DNA from: Hyphochytrium catenoides | Lineage: Eukaryota > Protista > Hyphochytriomycota | Reading direction: 5' to 3' | DNA length: 58,923 nt | Assembly (NCBI GenBank): GCA_900088475.1 | Contig: FLMG01000896.1 | Coordinates: forward strand, 1 to 58,923 | Shown: positions 13,302 to 26,800 of the stretch, in pieces | How the letters are laid out: every line of letters starts with the position of its first letter | Position numbering within the stretch: position 1 is the first letter of the stretch | Program-made: the position numbers and the translations under genes | The notes under the pieces: model-generated | What the model was told of the DNA's origin: nothing | Database searches by the model: none | Seen by the model: only the letters and a program-made list of their open reading frames with translations

Positions 13302-13800
13302 CTAATAAAGGCAGTAAAGCCATTAGCGCTTGCAGGAGAGTAGTAAGAAAGGCAGGGGTCAGTCACTAATAGCGAGGAACCTAAGGAAGTGGACTGATTG
13401 AGAAGGAAGGAGGCTGGTAGCCGTCGAGAAGCTGCACCATCGGTTGGGGGTCAGCCCGATGAACAGCAACAAGTCTTACTGATATATTGCGATGTACGAT
13501 CCAAAGCCGAAAGTCTAGTCTTCAGCCAATAAATAAAGCCCAGAAACGGGAATAGTTGAAATGTCTTGAGGAAGACTGCAAAAAGGGAAGAGTCACGTTA
13601 GCGCTGCCAGAAGAGACCAGGAGTGACGTCTTCGTATAGAGAGCAGAGAGAGAGAGAAGGAAACTAGGCATGGAGCTATGAAGGCCGTAGAAGTAACTTC
13701 AGGACGGACGCAAGGATCTTTGATGGTCCTTCCCGAAGGCACATCGTGGTATACACGACCAGCTTAGGCATGCACGCTCGGCTCGGACGTACCTCAATTG

Positions 13801-15988
13801 CTAGACTTTCTCCAAGCTTTGGCTCTCATGGTCTATCTGATTGTCAGAGACGCTTACTGCGGGGTCACACGCCTTTGCTAGGTCGCGGGCAAGATCCTCT
13901 AACCAATCTACCACCTGCAAAATAGAGGAGTAGAAGTGAAGAGTCCGTGTTAGGCTTAGGCGCCTTAGGAAATTAGAAGCAGAAAAGACGCTAGGAAGAA
14001 CTGAGCCAAAGATAGTAACAAGGCTTAGTAAACACCTTCATCTTACCTCCTGCGCAGTAGAAAGACGGTCATCCGCGTCAAAAGAGCTGCATTGCTTCGC
14101 CAGCAAGAAAAGAGAAGGTGGGCAGTCCGGTGGTATACTTTGCCTGCCCCAACAATGAGAGGCGTTAGCGAAGAGTAGTGAAGACAAATGCATCACATCT
14201 TAAATAAAGAGTTGAGACAAAAGCAGAGATGTCCAATGAGAGAGGAGAGCTTCTCTTACTCAAGCTCTTCTTCGTCTATCCGGAACTTCCGCTGCGGGGT
14301 GCGTCTTAAAAAGCCATCCTGATTTACTTTTCGACGTGTTATCACCTCGATCAGCACCACGCCAAAGCTGAATATATCCTATGATAGCAGGAGAATGGAA
14401 GTTTAGAAAGGGATCTAATAGAACTGTCCGAGGGAAGAGACAGAGAAATATCCGATTGATGGTATCCATAAATGCCGCAGTTTGAGAAGTTTATCAACTG
14501 ACAGAGAGGTCTACTGCATAAAGAGCTCTTTGGGTTGATGAAGAGCGACGATGCAGGATAGGTGCGGCATAGATATAGAGAGGGGGCGGCGAGAAGAGAA
14601 ACGAGAGTCAATCTAACTACCGCTCTCTCGTCATATTCCTCGTCGAAGCATAACTCGGGGGCCATATAGTCATCGGTGCCACAAATGGACATTCGCTTGC
14701 GGCCCAAGCGGTGTGTCTGGCGCGCAAAGCCAAAGTCCGCTAGGTGACAACGATAGTCCTCGTCGAGCTTGCAAACATAGTGGCAAACGGGGGCATTGGA
14801 GGTAACACAGGGGAAGGGAAGGGTCAATTTAAAACTATATCGGCAGGATCGCCAGGACCCGGATGGTATCCTTAAGATGAAGTATATAAGACGAGACCGA
14901 GGAGAGAGAGAGAGGCAGACAGACAGACAGAGAGACAGAAAGAGAGACCGAAAGAGAGAGCGAACGAGAGAGAGAGAGAGAGGGACAGACAGACAGACAG
15001 AGAAAGACAGACAGAGAGAGAGAAAGAGAAGGAACAGAAGAAGCGACGCGTCTTCCAGAGTGAGCGGCGAGATTGATGAGGACTGACGTCAGTGTTACCA
15101 GAATGTTGGAGCACTTGATATCTCTGTGGATAACTCCTTTGGAATGCAAGTAACAGAGGCCATGTGCCGCATCCAGAGCCATGCGTACCCGCAAGTCCCA
15201 TGGTAACTCGACCTCAACATTCGTCAGGAGCGTCAGGAGGTCTGGGGAAACAGGCATATGCAGGAGGGGCCAGGGCTAGTGGATTAGAATATGAGTGAAC
15301 CCGCTGACCGCTGTTGATGTTTATCCTCCTCCCCTCGTTAGCTAGTAACCTGTTCCTATGGCTTCTGTCATCTTCTTCACTATCTTCCTTTGAGTGATCT
15401 CAAGCAGGGCCATACCTCCTCCAGGAAGAAACTCTGTCAAGATCCAAACCGCGTTCTCCTTGCCTTCTGTCTTGCAGGCTCCGATATATCCGACGAGGTT
15501 CTCGTGTCTCAACTCCCTTGAAGATGGTGGGCGGTAGGTAAGAGTGACGACAGAGGAACAGGCAGATGGTAGATAGCATGAACGCAACCTGACAGGCAGA
15601 ATGAAGCAGAAGGGAAAGGAAGAAAGCTGCTTACTTCAGGATGGCAAGCTCTCGGAGTAGGTAGGTCTCAGGATTCTTCTCTCTCACGAGCTGTTTTTTT
15701 ATTGCTACCTGAGGTCGGGCGGAATATTCAGGGATAAGACGACTACAGAGCCGTGACGGCGGCAGGCAGCGATGCTTTCGAAGAAAATCAAGGATGTTTC
15801 CGCTGATGTGTCTCTTTGATTCTAGCACTTTCTCCGCTTTCCTCGCCTCTCAGAAGCACATCCCTGTCCTTTACCATTCTCTCCCCATCTCAGACTACGT
15901 CTCCTTTTCTCTCTTTTTCTCTCTCTGTTATCCTCTGTCTCTTTGACTCTCTCTCTCTCTCTCTGTGTGTCTCTCTGTCACTCTATTC

Positions 15989-16024
<36 letters not shown>

Positions 16025-16377
16025 CTTTCTCTCTGCCTCTTCCTTCCACCCATGTTCTACATCTCTCTCCTCTCCCTTTTGGCCTCCTAACCTCTTCTCC
16101 TATCTCTGAGTCAGCTCCCTCTCCCAAATCGTACCTCTTGGTCCCGATAAGTTCCTTTGAACACCGTGGCAAATGCCCCTGAGCCAATCTTCTCTCCAAA
16201 ATGCACCTCTTGAAGCTCCACGAGGAAGTCGCTCTCAGAAAAGCTGAAGGAAGAATCGTGCTTCTCCAGCCTCCTCCAGCGCATGGCAGGCGATCTAAGA
16301 AGTGAAGAGGATGGCACCATCTGCTCGGGCTGTCCCTGAGCTTCTCTTGGGCCTGAGTCTTCCTCCGTCGAGGCCAT
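13801..16377 (-). CDS. TKL-group protein kinase, LIMK/TESK (LISK)-like; 8 coding exons
   Basis: Motifs in order: IGSGAFATVFKG, VAIK, LLRELAILK|ELRHENLVGYIG, RVRMALDAAHGLCYLHSKGVIHRDIKCSNIL, ADFGFAR, MSICGTDDYMAPE, DIFSFGVVLIEVI, PPDCPPSLFLLAKQC. Ends ...SLEKV* at 13801. The start codon is uncertain. Confidence 0.92.
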
Positions 16378-16799
16378 CTTCCTTCAGTAAAGCGATAGGA
16401 AGAAAGGACTGACGTCGAACCTGACTCCTTATAACGTAAAGAGAGAGCGTGTAGAACTTGGTTCTGGCTTTGATGAGCAGTCAGAAGATTGAGCAGAGAG
16501 ATAATATTGAGCTCTTTGGAATGGAGAGCTCGCACACAGTTGTCTATCCTTTGCCCCTAATCTAGCAGAGCTCTCTTCTCAAGGCCCTTATCTTCCTCAG
16601 AATGTACTCCGGTATCTCTGAAGTCTAACGCATGCGAACCGAGGATCTGCGTATTGTCTACTCAGCTCACAGTTGCAGAAGCGCCGGTGCTGCCCGGTGT
16701 CAGAGTCCAATGCGACGCTGTGGGCCAGCCTTGTTGGGAACAGAGATACCTGATGATGAGAGAAAGGGCTGAGGGAGAGCAGAGGGCAGAGGCAGAGGA

Positions 16800-17050
<251 letters not shown>

Positions 17051-18075
17051 GCACAGCGAACAGCACAGGATGCACGGGATTGAGTGTATGTCGCCTCATC
17101 AGAGATCTATTTTGGTACCTGAGACCGTAACATTGTAACCCTCAAAAAGATTGTACGATTACAGTACGAGTACTAAGACCTGAACTGCTTTTGAGGCAAG
17201 AGACGCTCCCCAAAATTGCTAATTTACAGATTGGCGGAGAATGAGGCGCAGTATGAAAAGGCGTGAGACAGGACACATAGAAGGAAAGAATGATGATCGT
17301 CTCAAAGCAGGGAAAAGCTCCCCGCCATCGATCGCGACTGTCTGCTGGGGAAGCTCCAAGCTTGGGCCTCCCTTGCAGCTGCATTTGCCATCATTATGAG
17401 TCGTTCTATCTCCTTTCCTCTCCCCTCGGTCATTTATCTCCGCTCATCTTTTCATGACATCAGTCTCAGACTCTATTCTCTCTTTCTCTCGCTTTCTTTC
17501 TTTCTCTCCTTCTCTTTCTCTCTCTCTTTCTCTCTCTTACCTTTGTCCCTCTTCCTTCTCTCGTTCCTTGTCTTCCTTCGGTCTTTTCCTTCTTCAGCTC
17601 TCCTTCGTTTCACCTCAATTCCACTCTCTTTTCTTCGAGCTGTCATCGCCTCACCCGGTCTTAGCTGCTGGGGACCGACAAAGACATGTCGACCCAAACA
17701 AACACAAGTTAAAGTTCCACGACACTAATGACGGCTGTTGGTCGGTTTTGCCAGCATGGCACTGTAATCGGCTTTGGTACCCTAGAGTTGACCGCACTTG
17801 ACGGGGATTGCCCCCAGAAGGGAAGGCCAGACTTCAGAGCAGATCAGGAACTGGTGTATACGGAGAAAAGCAGGGAGATAGGCGTGATCTAAAACACAAG
17901 GCACCAAAGACTTGGATAGCAGCACAGATAAGTCGTTAGGGAGGAGGATGGACAATTGTCGGCAAGCAATAAAAGCGGACGAGTCTAGGACTACAAGCCG
18001 CTAAGCCATATGGAAGTTGACGAGCTACTAGTACGGCTAGAAGTATGTCCTGTGAACGGGGTTTGGTCCTACAGT

Positions 18076-18131
18076 CATGGCTGAGACGTGATGATAGCTG
18101 GAGCATGGCTGGGACGTGATGATAGCTGGGG
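18076..18131. repeat. Two 28-bp tandem repeats
   Basis: catggctg(a/g)gacgtgatgatagctgg(a/g)g occurs at 18076 and 18104. Confidence 0.85.
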
Positions 18132-18166
18132 CCTATGGCTATCAGGCCCTATGTGTAGATATCTTT

Positions 18167-18600
18167 GCTTCTACCCCAGTCACACAGCTCATTTATCATC
18201 TGGTGCTAGTAAGGATCACAAGATATGCCACCTTCACGGCAGATGGTCGTCCCTAGTTGCCCGACAAATGCAAGCTTGTTCCAGCTATCATGTTACCAAA
18301 CCGACGGCGAGATAATCTAGGTCGCCCTCTCTAATGGGAACGTGAAGCTTGACTTGGCCTTTTGAATAGCGAAGGGGTTTTGGCTTCTACCTCAGTAACA
18401 CAGCTCAGTTGTCACCTGGTGCTAGTAGTAAGGATCACAAGAATGCCACTATCACAACGGCAGATGGTTGTCCCTAGTTTGCCCAACGAATGCAAGCCTG
18501 TTCCAGCTCTTAAGACCAGCATACAGGTGGCGAGATGATCTAGATAGCACCCTCTAATCGGCGTATCAAGCTTGATGTCGTCTCGTTGAAACAGCGAAGG
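18167..18600. repeat. Diverged tandem duplication of a ~216-bp unit (two copies)
   Basis: Copies start with gcttctacc at 18167 and 18383. They share colinear blocks cacagctca, ctggtgctagta, aggatcacaag, acggcagatggt, gtccctagtt, atgcaagc.tgttccagct, ggcgagat.atctag, aagcttga and agcgaagg. Confidence 0.9.
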
Positions 18601-19935
18601 ATCCTGCCCTTGTCTCGTATAAGGCTTCAGAGCTATGCCCACCCTAACGCATATGAATTCTTGGGCTAAGGATGCAAGAAAACTCTGAGTTCCCCATCTC
18701 TATCGCAGAGATTTGAGGATCCTCTAAGCTGCTGGGTCCCTCTGGATAAAGAGAAGATTACCGTCAGCAGCTGGCTGCCTTTACTTTATGTCGTTGTTCA
18801 TGGTTAGCCCTCCTTATACCCTACGTTCCGACAAATGCTGTACGCGAGGGGTACGGTCCAGTCTTAGTCACAATAAATTAGGTTAACAATCTCCTTAGTT
18901 GAAGAGAGCAGGAGTATGCGATCCACACGGTACCTACTAACAATGGACTATTCAGGCAAGTGCAGTGAGTACAGTCCACATCTGAGCTGGCTGACTATTA
19001 CCAATCGGCTGCAGGGGCACACGCAACAAGGTCGCTTATTTGGAAGAGGCAGGTGACTGATCACTGAGAAGATGTCGGCGCTTATTGACTGACTAGCACT
19101 GATACCGAGGAGACAATGAGATCCACAGCTAGGATACCAGGCAAGTGATAGATAGCGCACACTCAGACCTTCACAGAGCGCTAGGAAATTGGTGTTTGAA
19201 GAGGAAAGGGAAGGGTGACAGAGAGCGAAGGATACCTCCCAGAGGGAGGACAGAAATTCACTGAAGGCGCATCCTTGAGAAAACTGCACGGTAATCTTTA
19301 GTAAAAGGCGAAAGATTAGTTCGTTCTGCAGTTAACTCTGCGCGATACTCTAACCCACGAAGTCGGTCACACATATAAACCACGGCTGGGTCCCACAATA
19401 TGATGCCATTTTTTCTAATGTCCAACAGAAAAGCCCCTTTAATTCATTCTGAACGGCCATCGAGCCTCCAAACTCCGCTATATTCACATCTGAATATCCA
19501 GTTATTTCCTTTGAGACGAGAGTTATTTAGCCTGGTTACCTCTACATAATTTCCACCTTTGCGGACTCCTAGTTTTGCCGCTTTTGACGTTTTAGCCTGA
19601 GGGCTTCTCTTGGGGGTTGGCTGGAACGATGAGCTGGCGCATCTGGAGATCTTCATCCAAGTATTTGCCAGAGATTTGCCATCGGATTTTTCCCAATCCG
19701 TTGCGAGTGCAGCCAGGCAGAAGTGGCCGGACGGAATCTTGCGTTGAGGTCACAGCCATTCCTCCTCTAGCCAAGCTGAAGAGGGGCAGGTCTTATAAAG
19801 TTCGAATAGCGCGCTTCTGGCCCTTGCTGAGTTTTTACGGCCATTGACGGATCTTGATGAGGTAAATAGCGTAACACCTGCTGCCTCTTGGTGGACTCTG
19901 AGTCAAGGCTTAAGAAGTTCGGCCTTCTTTCAGGA

Positions 19936-21530
19936 ATGTTCAAACCTGACGCAAGTGGCACCTATAAGGCCGTATTTCAAGATGAGAATGGCCGAACACT
20001 GGAGATTAGGGACGTCTGGGCGGAGACGCTCGAGCAGGAGATGGCGGTCATTCGAGAGCTGTTAGACAAGTATTGCTATGTTTCAATGGTAACTTATCTC
20101 TTCTAGTATCATCACTTGTCACACACTTTCTCTCTCTGATCACCCTTCCGAGTGCCAGAGCGCCTAAGGCTCACATGTGACTCACTTTGTAGGACACGGA
20201 GTTTCCTGGTGTGGTGGCTAGACCGATCGGCTCATTTCCTACTCAGACCGAGTATCAATACCAGACCTTGCGGTGTAACGTGGACCTCCTGAAGATTATT
20301 CAGCTAGGCCTCTCGTTCGCTGATGAGGATGGGAACTTTGCTGAGGGATGCCCAACCTGGCAGTTCAACTTCAAGTTTAGTCTAAGGTAGGCTCGATTGT
20401 TAAAACGAAGGGAACTAGGTTAGAGTTCTGGGGCCTCGTTAGCAACCATCGTTTACATCTAGTTGGAGCTTTCTCCAGACGACTGACACTTGCTACTTCC
20501 TTTCTGACGCAGCGAGGATATGTACGCACAAGATTCCATTGACCTCCTTACGCGGTCGGGAATCGACTTCAGTCGGCATGAAGAGCATGGGATTGATGTT
20601 GCAAAGTTTGGAGAGATGCTTATGTCATCAGGTTGGAGCAACTCTTCTCCTGCCTCCAACTTTACCCCCTCTTGTTCCTTGAACAGCGCATGTGATGCAT
20701 GTGATCAACAGCGTAACTGCTTCTCTCCAGCATAGTACTTTCTTGTTACTCTTCTTCACTGAACCGCTTTGAATCTTGATATCCCTCTATGTGTTCCCTT
20801 CCTGTCCCCTATTCCATCCCATCCGTATTCGCGAGCCCCGTCGGCTATCCAGCTCTTCAACGTCGTCAGTGGCGTGCCACTTACATCAGCATCTTACCGT
20901 TCGTGGTATTGTCCTTGGAAACGTCTTTCTGCAGGTCTAGCGCTACAGGACAACATCAAGTGGATCTCCTTTCACAGCGGCTATGACTTTGGTTACCTAC
21001 TAAAGATCCTCACTTGTGCGCCTTTGCCAGCGGACGAGGGCCAATTCTTCGAGCTGTTGCACACGTACTTTCCCTGTATATATGATATAAAATATCTTAT
21101 GCTCAGCTGCGAGAACCTCAAGGGAGGCCTTGCAAAGTTAGCAGAAGATTTAGAGGTAAGCTAGGGCAATGAAGGATTGCACTATACAGAGGATAGCTTA
21201 GTGATGAGGAAGGAGATTGGGCACATCACTCTTAGCCAGAGAGGGGCACAGGCGTTCAGACTTCCCTATTAGCAGCATCGCCATTTCCTTTAGCATTGTA
21301 GAGAGAGAGAGAGAGAGGGAGAGAGAGCTGACAGCATGTTTCTATTCTGACAGGTTAAGCGAATTGGTCCCGAGCACCAAGCTGGTAGTGATAGTCTTCT
21401 CACGGCGGCGACATTCTTCAAGCTGAAGAAGAAGCATTTTAATGGCGTGATTGACGATGATAAGTTCGTTGGACATCTATACGGCCTAGGGAACAACGGA
21501 CTCATTGGGCAGTCCAAGGACCAGGTGTAA
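19936..21530 (+). CDS. CAF1: CCR4-NOT deadenylase subunit CAF1/POP2 (CNOT7/8); 5 exons
   Basis: Reads IRDVWAETLEQEM...YVSM|DTEFPGVVARPIG...YQTLRCNVDLLKIIQLGL...WQFNF...MYAQDSIDLL...WISFHSGYDFGYLLK...IYDIKY...RIGPEHQAGSDSLLT...GHLYGLG. The DEDD residues are intact. Confidence 0.97.
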
Positions 21531-22024
21531 AAGGAGAAAGGAAAGAGGAGAGAAGGCAGACAGACACCTGAGGCCGATCGCTTTGTATTGTTCATAGTAT
21601 AATAACGGCGCTATGAGGTTGGACTTACTACTCTGCGCTGCTCTTACACTTCGCTGGTGTCTAAGTGGTTATAGACTTGCCCAAAAGCCATTTGTTGACC
21701 ATGCAACCACATGGTCCCGCGGCTATAGCTGTGAACAGAAATAAGAAGTAAAAGCTGTTAAGAACTGGCGGTCCGGAAGGGCTCCGGGCGTGCGCCGGGT
21801 GTCCCCGCAGCACTGAAGGAGTCTGGGCACTGCGCGCCTCCCAAGCTCATACACACAGCCACAGAGAGACAAGCACAATCTTTGAAACACTCTTTATTCC
21901 ATCTTTTTTTTGCTATTTATACGCGGCTCTCTCCGTTCTCTTCGCCTTGACAATGCATTGCACTAAGTGGCCTGTCATGGTCTTGATCTCTCTCATCTGT
22001 TCGGCCCGAGTGGGCTGAATACAT

Positions 22025-22565
22025 TTACTCTCCATGCTTCCACCTCAGAAGAGCTGGAGGTGATGAAAGTTGAGAAGAAAGATTCAGTTGAGCATAAGGT
22101 TAGCCTCTGTGGGGACAGATGGTAGCAACAGACATTATTGGAGTCTGAACCATCTTTACCTTCGATATCCGCTGCGGAGACGTTGTACTTTCCTACTATT
22201 TTGTTTAGCTTTGCCCTCTCTTCTCCTTCAGCAGCCTGGGCGTTCTTGGCGTCGTGCTAGTTGACGAGAAGTGGTTAGGTACGGTGCAAGCGAATAATAG
22301 ATCAAGAGTGCTTACGACGTCAGTTTGCTCCTTCATCTTGGCCAGCAATCTGCGTAGTGCTTTCTCGTCTTCTTTGCTGCAAAAGAGCACAACCGTCAGC
22401 GAGGTTGATCGGCCAGTCTTCAGTATATGAGACTCACTTGAAGAATTTGGCTTCCTCCGCCCGCTCCTTTGATGAGAAGGTGCCACTGCTCACCACGCTC
22501 CTTGCCAGAGGAGGAGCTCTACCAGCGAGGGGTCTGAAGTGCTTTACCGACTGTCTAAGGGCCAT
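22025..22565 (-). CDS. IF1: Mitochondrial F1Fo-ATPase inhibitor protein IF1; 4 exons
   Basis: Spliced: MALRQSVKHFRPLAGRAPPLARSVVSSGTFSSKERAEEAKFFN|KEDEKALRRLLAKMKEQTDV|HDAKNAQAAEGEERAKLNKIVGKYNVSAADIE|ALLRWKHGE*. It has an Arg-rich mitochondrial presequence and the GxFxxKExAEExxFF IF1 motif. Confidence 0.85.
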
Positions 22566-22687
22566 CTTTAGTCAACGATGTATTAGCTGTGCCTTGATCT
22601 CAGTTGATAGGTGCTTCCCTTCTCAGTTGAGAGAGGATAAAGTCAGATTTCTATCTGCGGGATGCGAAGCTTTTGAGTTCTGAAGAT

Positions 22688-23418
22688 TCACGAGGAAGGT
22701 GGAGCTTTTGATGCCGCATTCTGAAGCTTCAAGTCATTAGCTTTGCAGACTCCGCTATTTTGTGACGCTTCCTCATGTGTTAGCCCCATTGTTTGAAGCC
22801 TTACAGCGGACTTGCAGATAACAGAAACGAGGCCAAGAGTTAAAACCGGGATTAAACTCAGTTGATCTTCAAACTCACCATTTTTTTCTTTTTCCAAAAA
22901 CCTTTGTTTATACCTTTGCCTGGGCTCAAACGCAGAACCATCTGACAGACACCGCTTCTCCGTGATATCTTCCAAAGATCCATAGGCTCAGGAAAACAGA
23001 AACTCCACAAAACACAATTGTTCCTCATTCCGGATAATTGGTGTCAGGGTGCATGTTGTCATGTATAAGGCTCATATGTCCCTCTATATTCCGTATAAAG
23101 TACATATTCCCCCATTGGGCCATCATCTCTGTGAAAAGGCTGGTCTGCATTCTGAAGCTTCGTTAGCAGACGGAGATCGCCCGTTATTATGGGACGAAGA
23201 CTTTCGGCTACCTGGGCTTTTGTTCGTGCTCCAATGGCATTGACCTTCTCCCTCACCGCCTCCGTCAGTTCTCCAGAAGGAGCCTCTACAGGTATAGAAG
23301 AGGCGGAAGACAAGGCAGGTCGTATCTCAGAGCTACTTGGGCAAGGTTGCTGGGAACATTCTTCTGCCCTGCTGCCTGCGTAGCATGTGCGCTGAAGTAG
23401 GAGAGCGTATATGGGCAT
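22688..23418 (-). pseudogene. Probable disrupted PhyH-like 2-oxoglutarate/Fe(II) dioxygenase
   Basis: Colinear motifs in broken frames: ADQPFHRD (HxD), SLWI then a frameshift into LEDITE, PVLTLGLVSVI, and LTHEEASQNSG (distal His). Stops lie between them. Confidence 0.42.
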
Positions 23419-23851
23419 CTATCTACCGATGAAGGTCAAGTTATTTGGAAGTCGTCCTTTGCTGAGCCCTGTCAAGTTAATCGCAAGGAATAGAACCATC
23501 CTAACAAAAAGGCCGGAGCAAAGCTCCGATAGTTCTTTGTTAAAGAATAAATAGCGATAATTAGCTTCTGTCTCCTTGAGATAGATGTGCTCCCTCTCCT
23601 CATCCCTCTTCTTGTCACCAGCAAGGCTCCAGATCGCCAAGCACTTGCACGGTCTCTCTAGCTCTTCACTCGATTCCAGGCAGGCAAAGGATAACCTTCG
23701 AGCGCATAAGCCACTGCGTTCCGAGCATTCTAGAGTCAAAGAGACGCACCGACAGATAAGAGGACAGTTCTGAGAGGGGGAAAGAGAGCGCCTAGCATGA
23801 GAGAGAGAGCATCTAGAAAAGCAGGAGAGAACCTCTGACCTGCCACGACGT

Positions 23852-26800
23852 CTAGAAAGGAGCCTCGGCTGTACGGGTGGAAGAGGAGGATAGTTTGCTG
23901 GAGTATATCTCTTCATCTTCCGAAGAGACATACCAGCCATCCACCTCACCATCCACATCCATCATCGTTTCTAGGAGCAAGAGCAGCAAATATGTGCCGA
24001 TTAGACAATCAACACAACGAGGAGCCAGGGAAGGCGACGAAGCAACGAATGACAAGGGGGAGAGAGAGAGGAGTAAGGAAGAGAGAGAGAGAAATAGAAA
24101 TAGAGGAGAGGAAGAAACGAGGTCAACGCTTGAATGCTTGGACAGATATAGGGGAGGCCAATGGTCCTGAAAAAGCAACGCACACTCTCGCGGCTAGTAA
24201 AAGTGACGGAGAAAGGGCGACCAAGTAAAATGTAAAAGAAACTATGTAGAAGCTCTTCCAAACGAGCAAGGTGCAGAGCCAGGCGCAGGTGAAGAGAGAT
24301 AAGGGCGGTGGAATGAGGGTGCCTCTGCTTACCTTCTACTCGAACTTCCTCCTCCATGGCTAGTCGAGCATACTCCGCCCTCGCATAGCGGTCCCAATCA
24401 CTGCGACGGCAAGGAGAGAAGGAACCCAATATGAAAGAAGAGATAGAACAGTGGAGAGTGGCAACACGTGCATTGACAGCAAATTTAAGGCACAAAAGAC
24501 GAGAGATGGAATCGAAAGAGACGGAGAGGAAGAGTGGAGAGGACAAGAAAGAGAAAGAGAAAGTGGAGTGAGAAAGGTTCATCAATAAGGGTTACAGGTG
24601 CACAATAGAATGGCAGCCTCTCTCTCTATCCTTGCCAAGCTCCTACTTCTCAGCTTGCCGCTCCCCCTTTCTGAGACTCTACACTATCGTTGGCACCCCT
24701 CCTCTCCATTCCTCTATGTCCCGCGAGAGAGTCTCTGCTCTGGTGGACTGACAGTACAGCTCTACACTTACGTGAGCTCTGGCTCCATCATCTGCTGCCG
24801 GATCATGAAAGGATCTCTTTGCTCGAAGGCAATAAACTTGTTCAGGTTGAAGAGCACGTTGAAGAAAACGCCAGACAGCCGGATGATCTCGGGCTTGTAG
24901 AAGTCAGGAAGGCGGAACTCACCGTCTTTCACCGGCTTGAGCATATCAGCCCTGACGGTAACAACACCAATGAGAGGATAAAGGGAAGGGAGAGAAAGAC
25001 CACGGAATGGACGAGTGTTGGGACACGGAGGGCTACGGAAAGGTTGGTGAGGTACTTGTCTTACAATTGGCATAGAACATCCTCGAAAGGCACAATGTCA
25101 TGGCCCAGAGAGTCCATTCTCCGATGCTGCTGAGAATAGAAGTACCGCATCTCCTCTGCCCTTATAACGCCATCATCGTCCAGATCTACACATTTGAACC
25201 AGTAGCGTAAACTTTGTCGGTTTGTCTTGTCCTCCTCCGATAGCATAAAATCTGAAAATGAGGCAGAGAGAGTCGGGCAAACCAGTAAGAAGAATGTTCT
25301 ACTAGAGGTGAAGATACGAGAGCCACGCAGAAAGAGAACGGTCGAGATACACAGAAAGAGAAGGAAAGAAAGAGAGAGAGAAGGAAAGAGAGAAAAGGAA
25401 AGAAACAGAAAGAGAAGAAAAGAAAGAGAGATGCAGGGGGAGAGCTAGAAAAAGAAAGAAGGACGAAAGCCATGCATAGCAAGAGAGCGAGATCAGAGGT
25501 CTAGAATTAAGAAGGCAGCAAGGCAAGCCACCGCCAACATTGAGGGACGCAGCGTAGGATAACTGGATGAAAGAGTAGGGTATCACCACGATAGCTAGTC
25601 AATGTATTCGTCTCTGGTACGTACAAATGAAGTCTTCATATGTCATTTTCTCTCTATCTTCGTGAGAGAGAACGTAGTTGCGACCATACGGCCTCCGTCC
25701 TACTTCGAACACTCTGTCCACTATTCCCTTCGTTAAACTATGGTTGGCATATCGAAGGACATCTTCGCGCGTCAGCAGAAAATCGTGATCTGGCATAGGG
25801 AGCAAATAGAAGGTGAATGTTAGCTTAGACCTTGGTAGAGAAGTCCCATTGAGAGCCACCGTGGCTTCTATGTAGCTCACGAGCGGATAAGCCTCAGAAG
25901 GAATGTCCAAGAACGATCCATAAAAAGACAAGAGAAGGTAAGGCTCCAGAGGTCTACAGAAGAAGGCGACTTTCATCAGGTTCAGAGAAAGTAGGTTTGA
26001 GGCTGACGACAGGCGTCCATAGACAAAGCAAGGGGTTCATGCCAAGGTATGCTTATAGATACCTGTGTCTAGTTCCCAGAACTTGCAATAAAGTACATAG
26101 AAGTGCTCATAGGAGAAATACGCGTTGACCTTTGAAGGCAGGTAGAAACGTTAGAAGTGGAGCTGCTCCATGGTGGGAAAGGTTGAGAAAGGATGGGAAC
26201 GGGGACTGAAAGCAAAGTAAGAGTGATCATGGCATGAAGAGTGGGCAACCAAGAGCAAAAGCATTTAGTGCTGGATGTCGCAAGCGCAGATGCTCACATA
26301 GAGGCCAGGTCAAAGACCTGAAGTGAGAGCATAGGACTAAGAGTGGTGGCTAGATATTTGCTGTATAAGAAATCGGAGAGCCATCAAAGGGCAAGAATCT
26401 AGCAAAACCGCCACCATCCCCCTTCTTGCCACCTTACTTCGCGGGCAGTTAACATATCAGCAATGAACAGAGGGAGATACTGTGGGCAACTTCTCCAGCG
26501 ATAGTGTATGATAGAGCTCTTTCCTTACCTGGTTGATGTCATCTTCCTCATCTACCACTGTGAACATCTCTACCAGATTAGATTGTCTCAGCTCCCTCAG
26601 CGTAATCGATCCCTCGTCATTCGTGTCCACGTGGTAGAAGATCCGTGCAATAACTGTCACAGCTGTACGCAAGAGGAAGCATAAAGACAGACAGTCAGAA
26701 CTCCAAGTTAAGCAGTTGCAGGGATACACTCTGTCGAGGAAATACCCTTGGATAGACCCGGTAGACAAAAGAGAGTGAAAGGCAGCAATGGGTGTATATA

